Virus record (IMG/VR): IMGVR_UViG_3300037589_000163
Location: 10,016-74,015 of that record
Length of the DNA: 64,000 nucleotides
DNA from: a virus
Taxonomy: Duplodnaviria > Caudoviricetes
Reading direction: 5' to 3' (one strand)
Part shown: positions 26,455-37,500 of the stretch, piece by piece
Layout: each line of letters begins with the position of its first letter
Position numbering within the stretch: the first letter of the stretch is position 1
Made by a program: the position numbers and the translations under genes
Notes under the pieces: model-generated
Databases searched by the model: none
Told to the model about the DNA's origin: nothing
The model's input: the letters and a program-made list of their open reading frames with translations, nothing else

Positions 26455-28482
26455 ATGGCACCTTTGACCTGGCGTGAAGTAGGAGCGCCGACATTTTCGG
26501 GAGTGGCAGAGTCGCAGAGGCTTGCCGCTGATCTGATCAACCGAAGCACAAGCGGTCTGGATACTGCTCTTGGAAATTTCCAGGAAGGGCGCCAGAAAAA
26601 GGCCGACAGTGCTTACCTGGCCGACATCTCCAAGTTCACTGATCCTGGTTCCCTGGACCAGGCTTTGCGGTCCGGTGTCGCCGGCAATGACGTTTCCGCA
26701 GATGCTCTGAAGTATGGTCTGGAACATCGCCGGCAGCTCCTCGGGGATCAGACGATCCAGATCAACAACGAACAATCCATGTGGAACAATAACCGGGTCC
26801 AGGAGAACGAAGCCGGACGGCCGGCAGCTCTCGCACGGGTGAACGAGATTCGATCCCTGGCCTCCCAGGGAACGCCTGAAGCCATGGCCCAGGCCAGGGA
26901 GTTGATGTCCCAAAGTTCCGACGTCTTTGCGGCCGCTGGTATGCGGTCCGAAGACATCATGAACATGGTGAACGGGAATATGTCGACGGCAACGGCCGGA
27001 CTGGCAACCAACGAAGCATTCCAGAAATGGGGTGACTACAACGTCAATCGCGGCAAGGGTCTCGAGGCAGACAAGCTTTTCGCCGATGTCATGCGGTCCG
27101 CTGCTACTCCCGAAGAAGGTGCTCAAATGATCCGGTCCAATCCGGATCTGGATCCAGACGTGGCAACGATTGCTCTTGCCAAGATTACCGGAGACCAGGG
27201 CAGCGCCTTGTTTGGTGGTGCGGTCGATCCGTCCAGGGTCATCATGGATGAACAGCTCCGCAACGGCAGGGGTGGTGGTGGTCGGATCATCTACGAGAAT
27301 GGAAACGCCACCAGAAATCGTCCGTTGTCGGATCAGCTTACAGGCGCAATTTCTCCAGTTCTCGATGAACTCGGGATCACGATGAAAGTCGTTTCCGGAG
27401 GGCAGGTGACGGAAGCCGAACGTCAGGCCGGCAAGGGTGGTCGTGTTGGTAGTGAGCGTCACGATGGTGGTCACGCAGGAGATGTTGATTTCTACCTTCC
27501 CGACGGTACCAAGCTGACGCCCAAGAACCCGTCCCATGTCCCAATTCTTCAGGAGATCGTTCGTCGTGGCCGGGCCCGTGGCATCACTGGTTGGGGGGAA
27601 GGCGAAGACTATATGGGCGACGGCCGGGTGCATCTTGGCTTCGGTTCGGAAGCAGCCTGGGGCAAAGGCGGGAAGTCGGCGAATGCTCCTCAGTGGCTCA
27701 AGGAAGCAATGGGTGCTCCCCTGGGTCAGGCACCAGCTGCGGGCCCGGGTCAGGAAGCCTCGAACGCAATCGATCGAGCTCTTCGGGTCACCGCGGACAA
27801 TGCAAGCCCGAGGGACAGTCAGAGCCTTCTCGATGCAACGAGCTTCCTCAACGAGCAGGCCCAGACCCAGATCGACCAGGGTGTCACCGATGAGATCTTC
27901 AATGATGCTCAGCCGGTCCTGGCCGAGTTGACTGATCGTCCAAACCGGAATGCGTTGAAGGCTGACATCGTCAACCGCCTTTATGGTGAAATTGGTGATT
28001 CCAACTTCTCCGTTGATGAATTGACCGACCAGCTCAACAGGGTGATGAGCGAGTTCAACTTGCCGGCCGACGTTGCCGCAACTCTGATGAAGAGTGCGGT
28101 ACAGCAGAACACCTGGGGTACTCGCTGGTTGTCCGGTGACCGCAGCTTCGACCAGAGCGAAGTCGGTCGTTATTTCCGGAAGTTCATCAATCCGGATGCG
28201 GAAGATGTCACTGGAAAGCTCCGGCCTACGATCGAGCAGTATCGGGCCTTGCGTGCGAAACGGAACAACACGGCATCGATCGAAAAGATGCGAGCCGACG
28301 TCGAACAGGCAAAGCAGGAATACTTCAAGGCCAAGGACCGGCAGAAAAACCGGCCTGACGTCGATGTCGAAGGTCCTCTTCTGCGTTACCAGGCTCTCCT
28401 GGGTCAGATGCAGAACACGATCGCAAAGATCGATGGGGACCCTCTGATGACACCAAACACCGGTTCCCTGACGGACCAGTGA
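26455..28482 (+). CDS. Ejection protein (N4 gp51-like) with an internal M15-type peptidase domain
   Basis: Cys-free 675 aa before the vRNAP gene; contains SERHDGGHAGDVD and GRVHLGF. Confidence 0.75.
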   Translation: MAPLTWREVGAPTFSGVAESQRLAADLINRSTSGLDTALGNFQEGRQKKADSAYLADISKFTDPGSLDQALRSGVAGNDVSADALKYGLEHRRQLLGDQTIQINNEQSMWNNNRVQENEAGRPAALARVNEIRSLASQGTPEAMAQARELMSQSSDVFAAAGMRSEDIMNMVNGNMSTATAGLATNEAFQKWGDYNVNRGKGLEADKLFADVMRSAATPEEGAQMIRSNPDLDPDVATIALAKITGDQGSALFGGAVDPSRVIMDEQLRNGRGGGGRIIYENGNATRNRPLSDQLTGAISPVLDELGITMKVVSGGQVTEAERQAGKGGRVGSERHDGGHAGDVDFYLPDGTKLTPKNPSHVPILQEIVRRGRARGITGWGEGEDYMGDGRVHLGFGSEAAWGKGGKSANAPQWLKEAMGAPLGQAPAAGPGQEASNAIDRALRVTADNASPRDSQSLLDATSFLNEQAQTQIDQGVTDEIFNDAQPVLAELTDRPNRNALKADIVNRLYGEIGDSNFSVDELTDQLNRVMSEFNLPADVAATLMKSAVQQNTWGTRWLSGDRSFDQSEVGRYFRKFINPDAEDVTGKLRPTIEQYRALRAKRNNTASIEKMRADVEQAKQEYFKAKDRQKNRPDVDVEGPLLRYQALLGQMQNTIAKIDGDPLMTPNTGSLTDQ

Positions 28483-28537
28483 TAATTAGATAATCAAAAC
28501 ACCATTTTCTCTATGGTGTTATATCGATTTTCGAATA

Positions 28538-28569
28538 AGATGGGGGCTGAAAAGCTCCCCTCTTTTTTT
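28538..28569 (+). terminator. Intrinsic terminator upstream of the vRNAP gene
   Basis: GGGGGCT-GAAA-AGCTCCCC followed by a T-tract. Confidence 0.65.
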
Positions 28570-28587
28570 AGATAATCGGAAAAGATA

Positions 28588-31500
28588 ATGGTTGATAAAG
28601 TCAATCCGGCACTCTCGGCAAAAGGTCCTCGAGTGGCAAGCCAGCCGGAAACGGTTTCTGAAGCGCAAAAACTCCTTCAAGACATCGCCCAGATCAACCA
28701 GGCCACATCTGACCCGAATGCCATGGCGGCAATGAATATCTCCCGTGAACGGGGGAACTCCCTGACAGGCGACAACGCCGTCATCCAGGATTATTCGACC
28801 CTGACACCCGTACAGTTTCAGAACCGCTACGGTATGGATGCCTATGACCAGATGGTGGCCGCCGGTATCGGAGCAGCTCATGCCAGAGACCTGGCCGGTA
28901 GCAGCCGTGATCTCGGACAGATTGCCAGAGATTCGGCGCTTGATGTCGCCAACGGTGCGTTGGGCGGTATCGGGGGTCTCAATGACTTTCTGATCCGTGG
29001 TACGGTCGCTGGCCCGATCGGGGACAGGCTTCTCCAGAAAAACGCGGAAAACGTCCAGGGTGGTCGGGAATTCATCGACTCTTTCAAGACGACGCCGACG
29101 AAGCGGCTCGACTATGTCGACAGCATTCGGACCGAGTTGGATCGGATCGATAATGAAAAGCTGACCAAACAGGATGCCAGCGACGACCAAGGCATTGTCG
29201 ACTCTTTCCGCACATACGGGAAGTCCATCCTTCGGGATGCAGGGGCCGGCGTGGAAAGGTATGCTGAAGATCCTTCCCGTCTTGGTTCCGATGTCGGGGA
29301 AGGTGTTGGTTCGCTGCTTCTTGGTGGTGCCGCTTCCAAAGCTCTTTCGGTCGGTGCTTCTGGAGTGGTCAGAGCCACAGCTCCCACCTCGGCAACTTCC
29401 AGGTTCGGCGCAGAGGCCGTTGATGCCGCAATTCAGCGTGCTGCTTTCCCGTTGTCGATTGGCGCCATGGAAGGCGGTGGAGCATCGACCCAGGCAATTC
29501 TGGAAGTCATGGAAATGCCGGAAGAGGCTCTTCTCGAACAGCCGGCTTATCAGGAAATGCTCAGCGAAGGTTTGTCGCCGGCAGATGCACGTAGCCGGCT
29601 GGCTGCTCGCTCCGGTGCCATTGCTGCATCGATCGCCGCACCAGTCGCAGCTGCAACTTCGAAGCTCGTCTCTCGCTTTGAGCAGGCACCTTTCTCGGGT
29701 GGTTCCGGAAGTGTGGTCGGCAACAGTGCAAGAGAGTTTGTCGAAGAAGGTATCCAGTCCGGTGCAGGAGAGCTCGCCGGGAACATCGGTTTGAAGTTCT
29801 CAGGAGCTGACCAGGACGCAAGTCTCGTTGAGGGAGTTGGTTCCGCATCGGTGCAGGGTGCAATTGCAGGAGCAGGCACGGCCGGAGCAATTCAAGGCCC
29901 GAGCGCTGTTCTGCGGAATGCTGCAAAAGCAGCAGGATCCACTTTCAAATTTGCCGGCGACACTGTCAAGAAGCGTGGCGAAAAGATCCTTGCCAACATT
30001 TCCAAGGAGTCGGCCGTCTCCGAAGAGAGCCTGGCTCCGGCACTGGAAGCAGCAACGACCCAGGCTACGTCCGTGGGAGAGGGTCTTCGCAAGCTGGCCA
30101 CAGAGAACAGCACAAACGACGCCTCGGTCGAAGATTACATCTCCCGGGTGGAACGGGCCGTGCAGACAGACGAACAGGATCTGTACCTCATTCCTGACAG
30201 CATGGGCCCTGTTCTGACGCAGATCCAGCAGGAAACTGGCCGAGTACCCAACCGCTTCGAAACGCTGACCGTGGCAGCAGCCACAGCCAACAACGAAGCT
30301 CTGAGCCAGGAAGAAAGGGTTGCCGCGGCAACTTTCCTTCTCAAGCACATCGAGAACAACAAAAAGCTGTTCACCGAGGATTTCCCCGAATTCCTGGACA
30401 ATGTTCCCCATGATCGCCCGGAGTTCCAGGCATTCGAGGGATACGCCGGGATCCTTTCGACAATCGAACAGGTACCTGCAATTCAGCAGGCCATCGGTTG
30501 GGCTCGACAGGAAATGCAAGCGCCGGAAAGCGATGTCTCGAAAGTCGATCTGAATTCGGATGATGGACGGAAGATTGTTGAGAGAACAGTCGAACTTGCG
30601 ACAGTTGCTCCCCAGGCCATCAACCTGAAGGCAGCAGAAGACATTCTCTTCCAGGCCGACGAGGGCACGCTGAACCTTTCCCCGGAGCGTCGTCGCATTC
30701 TCCGTGGCGCCACGTCCTTGATCAACGCTGCTCGAGCTTACGCTGCACAGGTCAGGGTGATGGAACCAGGTGTTCTGGAAGAACAGTCGGAAGACCTCCA
30801 GCAAGAGCTTGATGAAACCCGTGATCGTGACGAGATGATGGAATTCATCGGCAGGCAGATCGAAAAGGACGGTGGTCCGAAGGCTCACCAGACTTCGCTG
30901 AGAGATCATGTTGCAGGCATCTCCCTTGCAGCGAGCCAGGGAGACATGAAGACCGCACGTCGCAAAGCGCAACGGCTCGTGATGTTCGCCATGTCGCATG
31001 CCAACAAGGTCAGCGCCTTGAGCCAGTCTATCCGAAACGGTGACGGCAAGAACGTGCCTTACAAAGCGTTGGCGGCTTCAGACGAATTCTACACCAACAA
31101 GAAAGGTGTCGGTGTTCGCATCGGCAATCCTGGTTCCGAACGCTTTGCGCGCAAGGTTCAGGCAGAAGCAATGGCAATCGCTCAGTTGGCGAATGACATC
31201 AGCAACCAGTATCCCGAATTTGGTCTGCGCCAGGTCGAAGTTTCGGACCTTGGCTTGCAGAATGTTGAAGTCGGACAGAGGGAGCCCGCTCCCGCCGAAC
31301 AGACAGAACTTCCCCAGGCTACCACAGCCGAGCAGGTTCAGGTTCGTCAGGAGGAGCTCCCTCTTCCGCGTTCTCAGCCTGCCCAGGAGCCTTCGCAAGC
31401 AACATCGGAGGAGACGTCCGTTGATGCGAGCTCGACCGTGGCGGCTGAGAAAGTGGTTTCGGAAACAGTGGATGAAGCCACCGCCGGCCCAGAAGATACA

Positions 31501-34500
31501 GGGAGCGGGCCGGCAGCGGCTTCGACCTCGACAGAATTGCAGGGGGGGTACTACCCTGCCGAGGTAACCGATCAGAGTTCTGACCGGGTTTCGGAATTGC
31601 TTGATGGTGTGTCTGAGGACGTTGATTACCGTCCTACGACTGCTGAGGAATATCCGGATCTCGTGGCACCGAATGGGAACAACTGGTTCCACAAGTCGTT
31701 CCGTAGCCCGGAAAACCTGAAGTCTCGTGTGGTCTGGTTGACCAACCCGATCAAGGATTTCAAGAGGATCCTGAGCAAGTCGAGTGAACTGGTTTCCTTC
31801 ATGGGGAACCCGGATCTTCGGTATGATGTGAATGGTCAGGATGCTGCGGGTTTCCGCAAGCTCCTCTCCCTGGCCGATCCTGCGTTGGAAGCGATCGAGA
31901 ATCGTTTGAAGGCCCGTCTCAAGAAGGACGGGCTTCTCGAAAAGATCGGCCAGGGGTTGGAAGTCAACCGGTTCCGGGATCTCCGTGTTCTGAACCTGAT
32001 GCGCCAAGATGGCACGGGTTACAACACTCAGCTCGTGGAGACGGCAGTCATTGCTGGTCTCGACTGGGCTATCAACATGAGTTCCCGGGCTGCCCGGATG
32101 ACTGTCAGTGAAGTTGCTTCCATCATGGGAGTCGATGAGGCTGATGCGGCTCCCTATGTGGAGGAGTTCAACCGCGGCATGTCGATGGACATTGCCAAGC
32201 GTTCCCTGGCCGATCGAATCGTCCAGTTCTGGGGCGTTGAACCCGAAAAAAGTGCTCGTGATGGCCTGACCAAGGGGATTCCCGAGGCCATGGCTGCTGA
32301 AGTGCTGCATGGCCTGGAGGCTGCCGGCCTGCTTGAACTCGGTATTGAAAAGAAGGATGGCGAAGACAAGCGTCTCGCTTTCCCACACCTGACCGAGAAG
32401 AAATTCAACCGCGTGCTGTTCGATACCCGGACGGAAGAAATGGAAGGATTGATCCGCAGCCTGGATGGCAAGCATGACTTGCTTGCCGACATGGTTCTGG
32501 TGAACCGTGAAGTTGAAGATTTCAGCATCGGTGAACCGGTGACAGACATCGATCAGCGTCAGCTTCGCAACCCGATGGTCGCTCTTTCCAACCAGCAGAA
32601 AAAGACCCTGGAGCACGTCCAGAGCACGCCGTATTTCCCGAACCAGGTTGTCTATGATTTCTATCAGACGCTTGGTGAAGAAGCCTATGTGACGATGATG
32701 AGTGGTCACCCCTACCAGAAGGGTGACCTGGAAAAGACCCACGTCGAAATGGGTTTGAACAGGATCCATTGGGAGTCCATCAAGGGACGTCAGCGTGGTT
32801 TGGTCAGTGATTTCCGTAATGTAACCAAGCAGATGACGGCTGTTCGTAGGAAGGGAGAAAACGTCCCGACCTACTACAAGCACCACATCAACAAGCTTGG
32901 TCGTACCCAGATGGCTGGCCTCAGCAATCCGCAGACTTCGAAGCTCGCTCGTGAGATCTTTATGCCGACACGCTCGGAGCTGGACTTGTCTGAGAATGCT
33001 CCGGATATGGACAAATTCCTGATGACCGTCGGTCAGGGCATAGGCCTGAAAACCGAAAAAGAAACTCGAGCCGACATCGTGATCAAGGTCATGGAAAAGA
33101 CCATGACGGAAGGTGGAGAATTCTACCAGACAGTCCAGAACCTCAAGTCCTGGCTCCAGCAGCGTGAGAATGACCAGGGACAGGATATTGACCTGGGAGT
33201 GTTCGAGGATCTCCGTTCGCACGGTCTTTCGGATCATGGCCTGCACTCGCTCATAGCGGTTGCCCGCTACGAGCTCGCCTCCGAAACCGGGGGCGATCTG
33301 AGCAAGTTCGAGGTGTTCAACTATCTCGAGGCTGACGGCAAGACCAATGGTCCGATCAACGCCCTGATGACGCTGGCCGCCGGCAAGATCACTCCTGCCT
33401 GGCTCAACGCTGTAGGCAAGGGTGGTGCTTTCTTTGGTCGGTTGAACAAGACACTCAACAGCCACGAAGACAAGGTTGACCTCTACGAAGAGAGCTCGAC
33501 CGAAACCCAGGTTCAGATTGTGGAACTCAACGCAGCACTGGCTGAAAGTGACGAGAGTTCACATGAACTGTTTATTCGGTTCAAAAGGTTCCTATCGGCT
33601 CTGGAAGCCAATGTCGAAATCGACAGCAACGGTGAGATCACCATCAAGCGTGGTCTGACCAAGAACCCGTTGACCATCACCATTTATGGATCAGGCGCCA
33701 AGGGTATCGCCGGCAAGGTCACAGACGAGATTGTGAATGCAATCTACGAGAACCTTTCCAAGTCGATCCAGGATGGAAAGCATGCTGGTGAGTTGATCTA
33801 CGGTGACGGCAAGGGATCTGACTTCATGTCGGATCTGGTTGAGTTGACCTCGAAAGTCGTTCTTCGCAGCAAGGACAGCGAAGAATATTTCGTCATGGGT
33901 GAGACCAAGGAAATTGGCGGTTCCAGCCAGAATTTCACGTTCAACAGGGAACAGTACAGCAACCTTCGTCAGAACGTTTTGACGTTCCTGGTCAATCCGA
34001 TGCGGTTGGCGATCGATAAGAAAGTCACTGGTCATGTTGGCCGGACGACTTCGGCTGTCCAGCAGGCAACCCAGATCCAGTCGATCTTCCTAAAGGGAAT
34101 GACGATCGATAAGGTGACCCGTCGTCTTGCTGAAATGAAGAACGACCCGGACAAGTTCTCCTACCGGGAAGGTGAGTTCCTGAACCGTAACGAGCAGCAG
34201 GATATTCAAGATAATCTCAAGCGATTTTCTCCAATAATCGACACCGGCACTCAGGCCTACATGATGTCGGGTGGAGAACGGAGTGACCTGTTTGAGAAGA
34301 CCGTCGTGGATATCGACGGCAAGCCGGTTGAAGTGACAATGCCGGAAACGTTCTCGAGGTCCTTGTCCGGTGATATGAAGACGCCAGCCTATTTCTATGG
34401 GCCCACGCTCGCTGGTGTTCGTGCCATTCCGACCCTGGTCGTTGGATCCGGTGATGGACAGATGATGCTCAACTTCCTCTCCGGAAACCCGGAAGCGGCT

Positions 34501-37500
34501 CGTCGTGTGCTGCATGTGTTCGATGGTCTGAACATGCCGGCTGATGCGATCGACGATTATTCGCGTCTCGTCAACCAGGCTGTTTTCCAGACCTGGACTT
34601 CAGACAAGAACCCGGTCCGGGCCGCCTATGAAAGTTTCAAGGCGTTCGTCGAAGCTTCCCCGATTGAAGAGCTTTTCCCTGGCGATCAAATGAATGATCA
34701 GCAGAAGCAGGCTCTCCTGGAGTTGAGTCAGGTGGCCCTGGATCGCTTTGAAGTGGCTGAAGGCGATATCATCGACACCGAAACGGTCAGTCAGCTTCTG
34801 AACCTGACACTCGATAGGCTCGAGAGACTGGCCAACGAGACGGATGCACGTCGCCAGGTTTACGCTGAATTCGATTTGTCGGTCGACCAGATGGCTTCGG
34901 GTGAAAGCCCGTTCGTGAATGAAGGTTCGATCAAGCTGGAAGAAAACACCAGCATCGAAGACATCGCCTATGAAATGCAGGCGCGTTACGAAGAGATCCT
35001 GACCAACCAGACGAAGCCAAAGACCGAGAAAACCAGTGTCTCCGGTGTGGAATCTCCCAACCAGAAACTGGAGGAGTTCATCCAGTCCGTGGCAAACACG
35101 AACGAGAACGGTGCTCTTGTCCTGGATCCGGATCAGTTGTCGGCAATGCCTGACAAGATCCTGAATTCCTCGCAGAAGCAGGTTTTGTCTGCCGCGGTGA
35201 AATCCCTGGCCGGCGCCGGTTATAGATTGGTCTTTGGAACACCAAGCGTGCTCGATGCCTGGGAACAGGCCAACAACGCTGACCGGTTCCTTCCTGGTTC
35301 CAACAATGGTTACGGCAAGATCGATCCGATTTCGAAGGTAGTCCTGGTCTCGAATACCTCGGGTGAGACCTTGGTTCACGAGCTCGTTCATGCCGCGACT
35401 TTCATGAAGGTCAAGGCAGCGTTCGAAGATCCCAAGGCAATCCCCAAGGAAGACCTGGAAGCTGTGGCCCGTATTGAAGGCCTCATGGCCGAGTGGTTGG
35501 CCCAGGATTTCAGTGAATTTGACGAAGCAGCACAGGATGCCCGCCGGCAGGCTGTGGCGACAGTCGAAGGATACCATCGCCGCGGACAGACTGCTCAGGC
35601 GGTCAATGAGTTCATGGCCTGGGTTTTGGGTAACCAGAACCTCAGCCGTGCTGCTCTCTTGACGAAGGTCAAGAACCCGCTTGCGAAGATCGCTCGTAAT
35701 GCCCTGGCAGCCTTGAAAAAGCTGGTCTTCGGTACCGACAAAGTTGATCCGGTGCATGATGATCTGATGTCAAACTTGCGCTTCAACACCCAAGTTCTCA
35801 TGGCTACACCGACGCCGATCGAATTGCTGCGCCAGGATTACAACGACATGGCGCTCTACCAGTCGGCAACATTTGGCAACGACCAGCGGATTTCCGAACT
35901 GAGAGATCTGTTTGGTCGCAAGATCATTGCCTGGGTCAAGGGTAGCGGAACAGACGTCATCAACCGTTTGCAGAGCTCCGGCCGGGCAGTCGAAGCGCTG
36001 GATGCCTACAAGGCAGGCTTCAACACAGCCAGGGCTTTCGGATACCACTTTGACGGTCTCGGAAATATGCAGGCCAATTCGACCTTTGCTTCCATTCAGG
36101 CAGCGCTGATGACCGAAATGGATTTGAATTCCAATTCGCTGTCCAGGATTGAAGAGCTCTACAATCACGTCATGGGACAGTTGTCGCCGAGTTCCTTCCA
36201 GGAAAAGCCGGATCAGAACGACCCGAACGATCTTTACCAGGCCCAGGGAAAGTTCAACGTGTTGTCTGGTATCTACATCAATGAGACCGACAAACTCGGC
36301 CGGTCTTCCCTGATGTCGTCTTTCCTGGCCCTCGCCATGGTCGATGACGGTTTCCGCAAGATCCTTGCTGGGATGAACAAGCCTGAAAACGAACAGAGCC
36401 AGGACCGCACTCTTGACGGTCTGCTCGAGAACGCAGCAAATGCTGGTCTCGATCGTCTGTCCCTGTATCTGGCAGGAGAGAAGAAGCAGGACAAGTCAGT
36501 GCAAGAAGCACTCGACAGCCTGACCATTGCGATGATCGAAAATGTCGGTGATCAGCGTGCATTCGTTGAACAGCAGACAGAGACTTTCTTCGAACAGGTC
36601 GAGGAAAAAGTCGCCAATTCGATCCAGGAGACCAGTGCCAGGGTTGCAGAGAAGTCGGCCGATGTTGCGAGGAACTCGAACAGCCGAACCGTCAAGGCCG
36701 GCGCCACGATCGTCAATGTCTTTTCGACGATGATCAATGAGCAGAAGTCGAGTGACGCAATGCTTGGTATGGTCAGCTGGCTCAACCAGAAAGAAGGTAT
36801 GGAACTGATCCGGGACACTGTCGGCAACTTCATTGGCCGAACCCGGGAGAATGCCGGCGTCTTCGATATGATCTCGAAGGTCCGGGCCCAGGTTCAGCAG
36901 GTTCGTCAGAACTTCCGTGAGGATCTTCCGGTCAAGCTTTCGAAGGAGTTCTCCAGGCCGCCGACTGCAAAGCAGTGGACTGCGATGTATAACGCCCTCG
37001 GACGATCGGATATTGCTTCCCTGGTTCGTTCCTATGGTGTCGGTAAAACTGTCGATCTCGTTGCGGATACGTCAAAGATCGATGCTGAAGTGCAGAAGCT
37101 GGAGAGACAGATCCAAGCAGACAATGCCAGCCGCTTCCCGAAGATCAAAGAGAAGTCCTTGCAGCTTGCCAAGTTCATGATGACCGGCGAGCACGGTCCT
37201 CAGCTGCTTCGTAATGCCGAAGCAATCGCTCGTCTCCTGGGAGAGCGTGGCCTTGCCTTGCGTACCGCGCCTTCGCAAGAGCTCGTTGAATCGATCGACA
37301 AGCTGGTGACGCTGTATGCTCTCCAGGGGCTCGATGACAACAGTCGGGCAGACGTGACAACCTTGCTTGGAAACACGAAGGACAGGTCCGGAGTTGAGTT
37401 TGTCACCAGTTATCTGGTTGGTCAGCGCAATGATGAGCTGGCCAAGGTAGGAAGCAACAAGACTGCATCTTTTAACCACTACAAAGGACACATCCCATCG

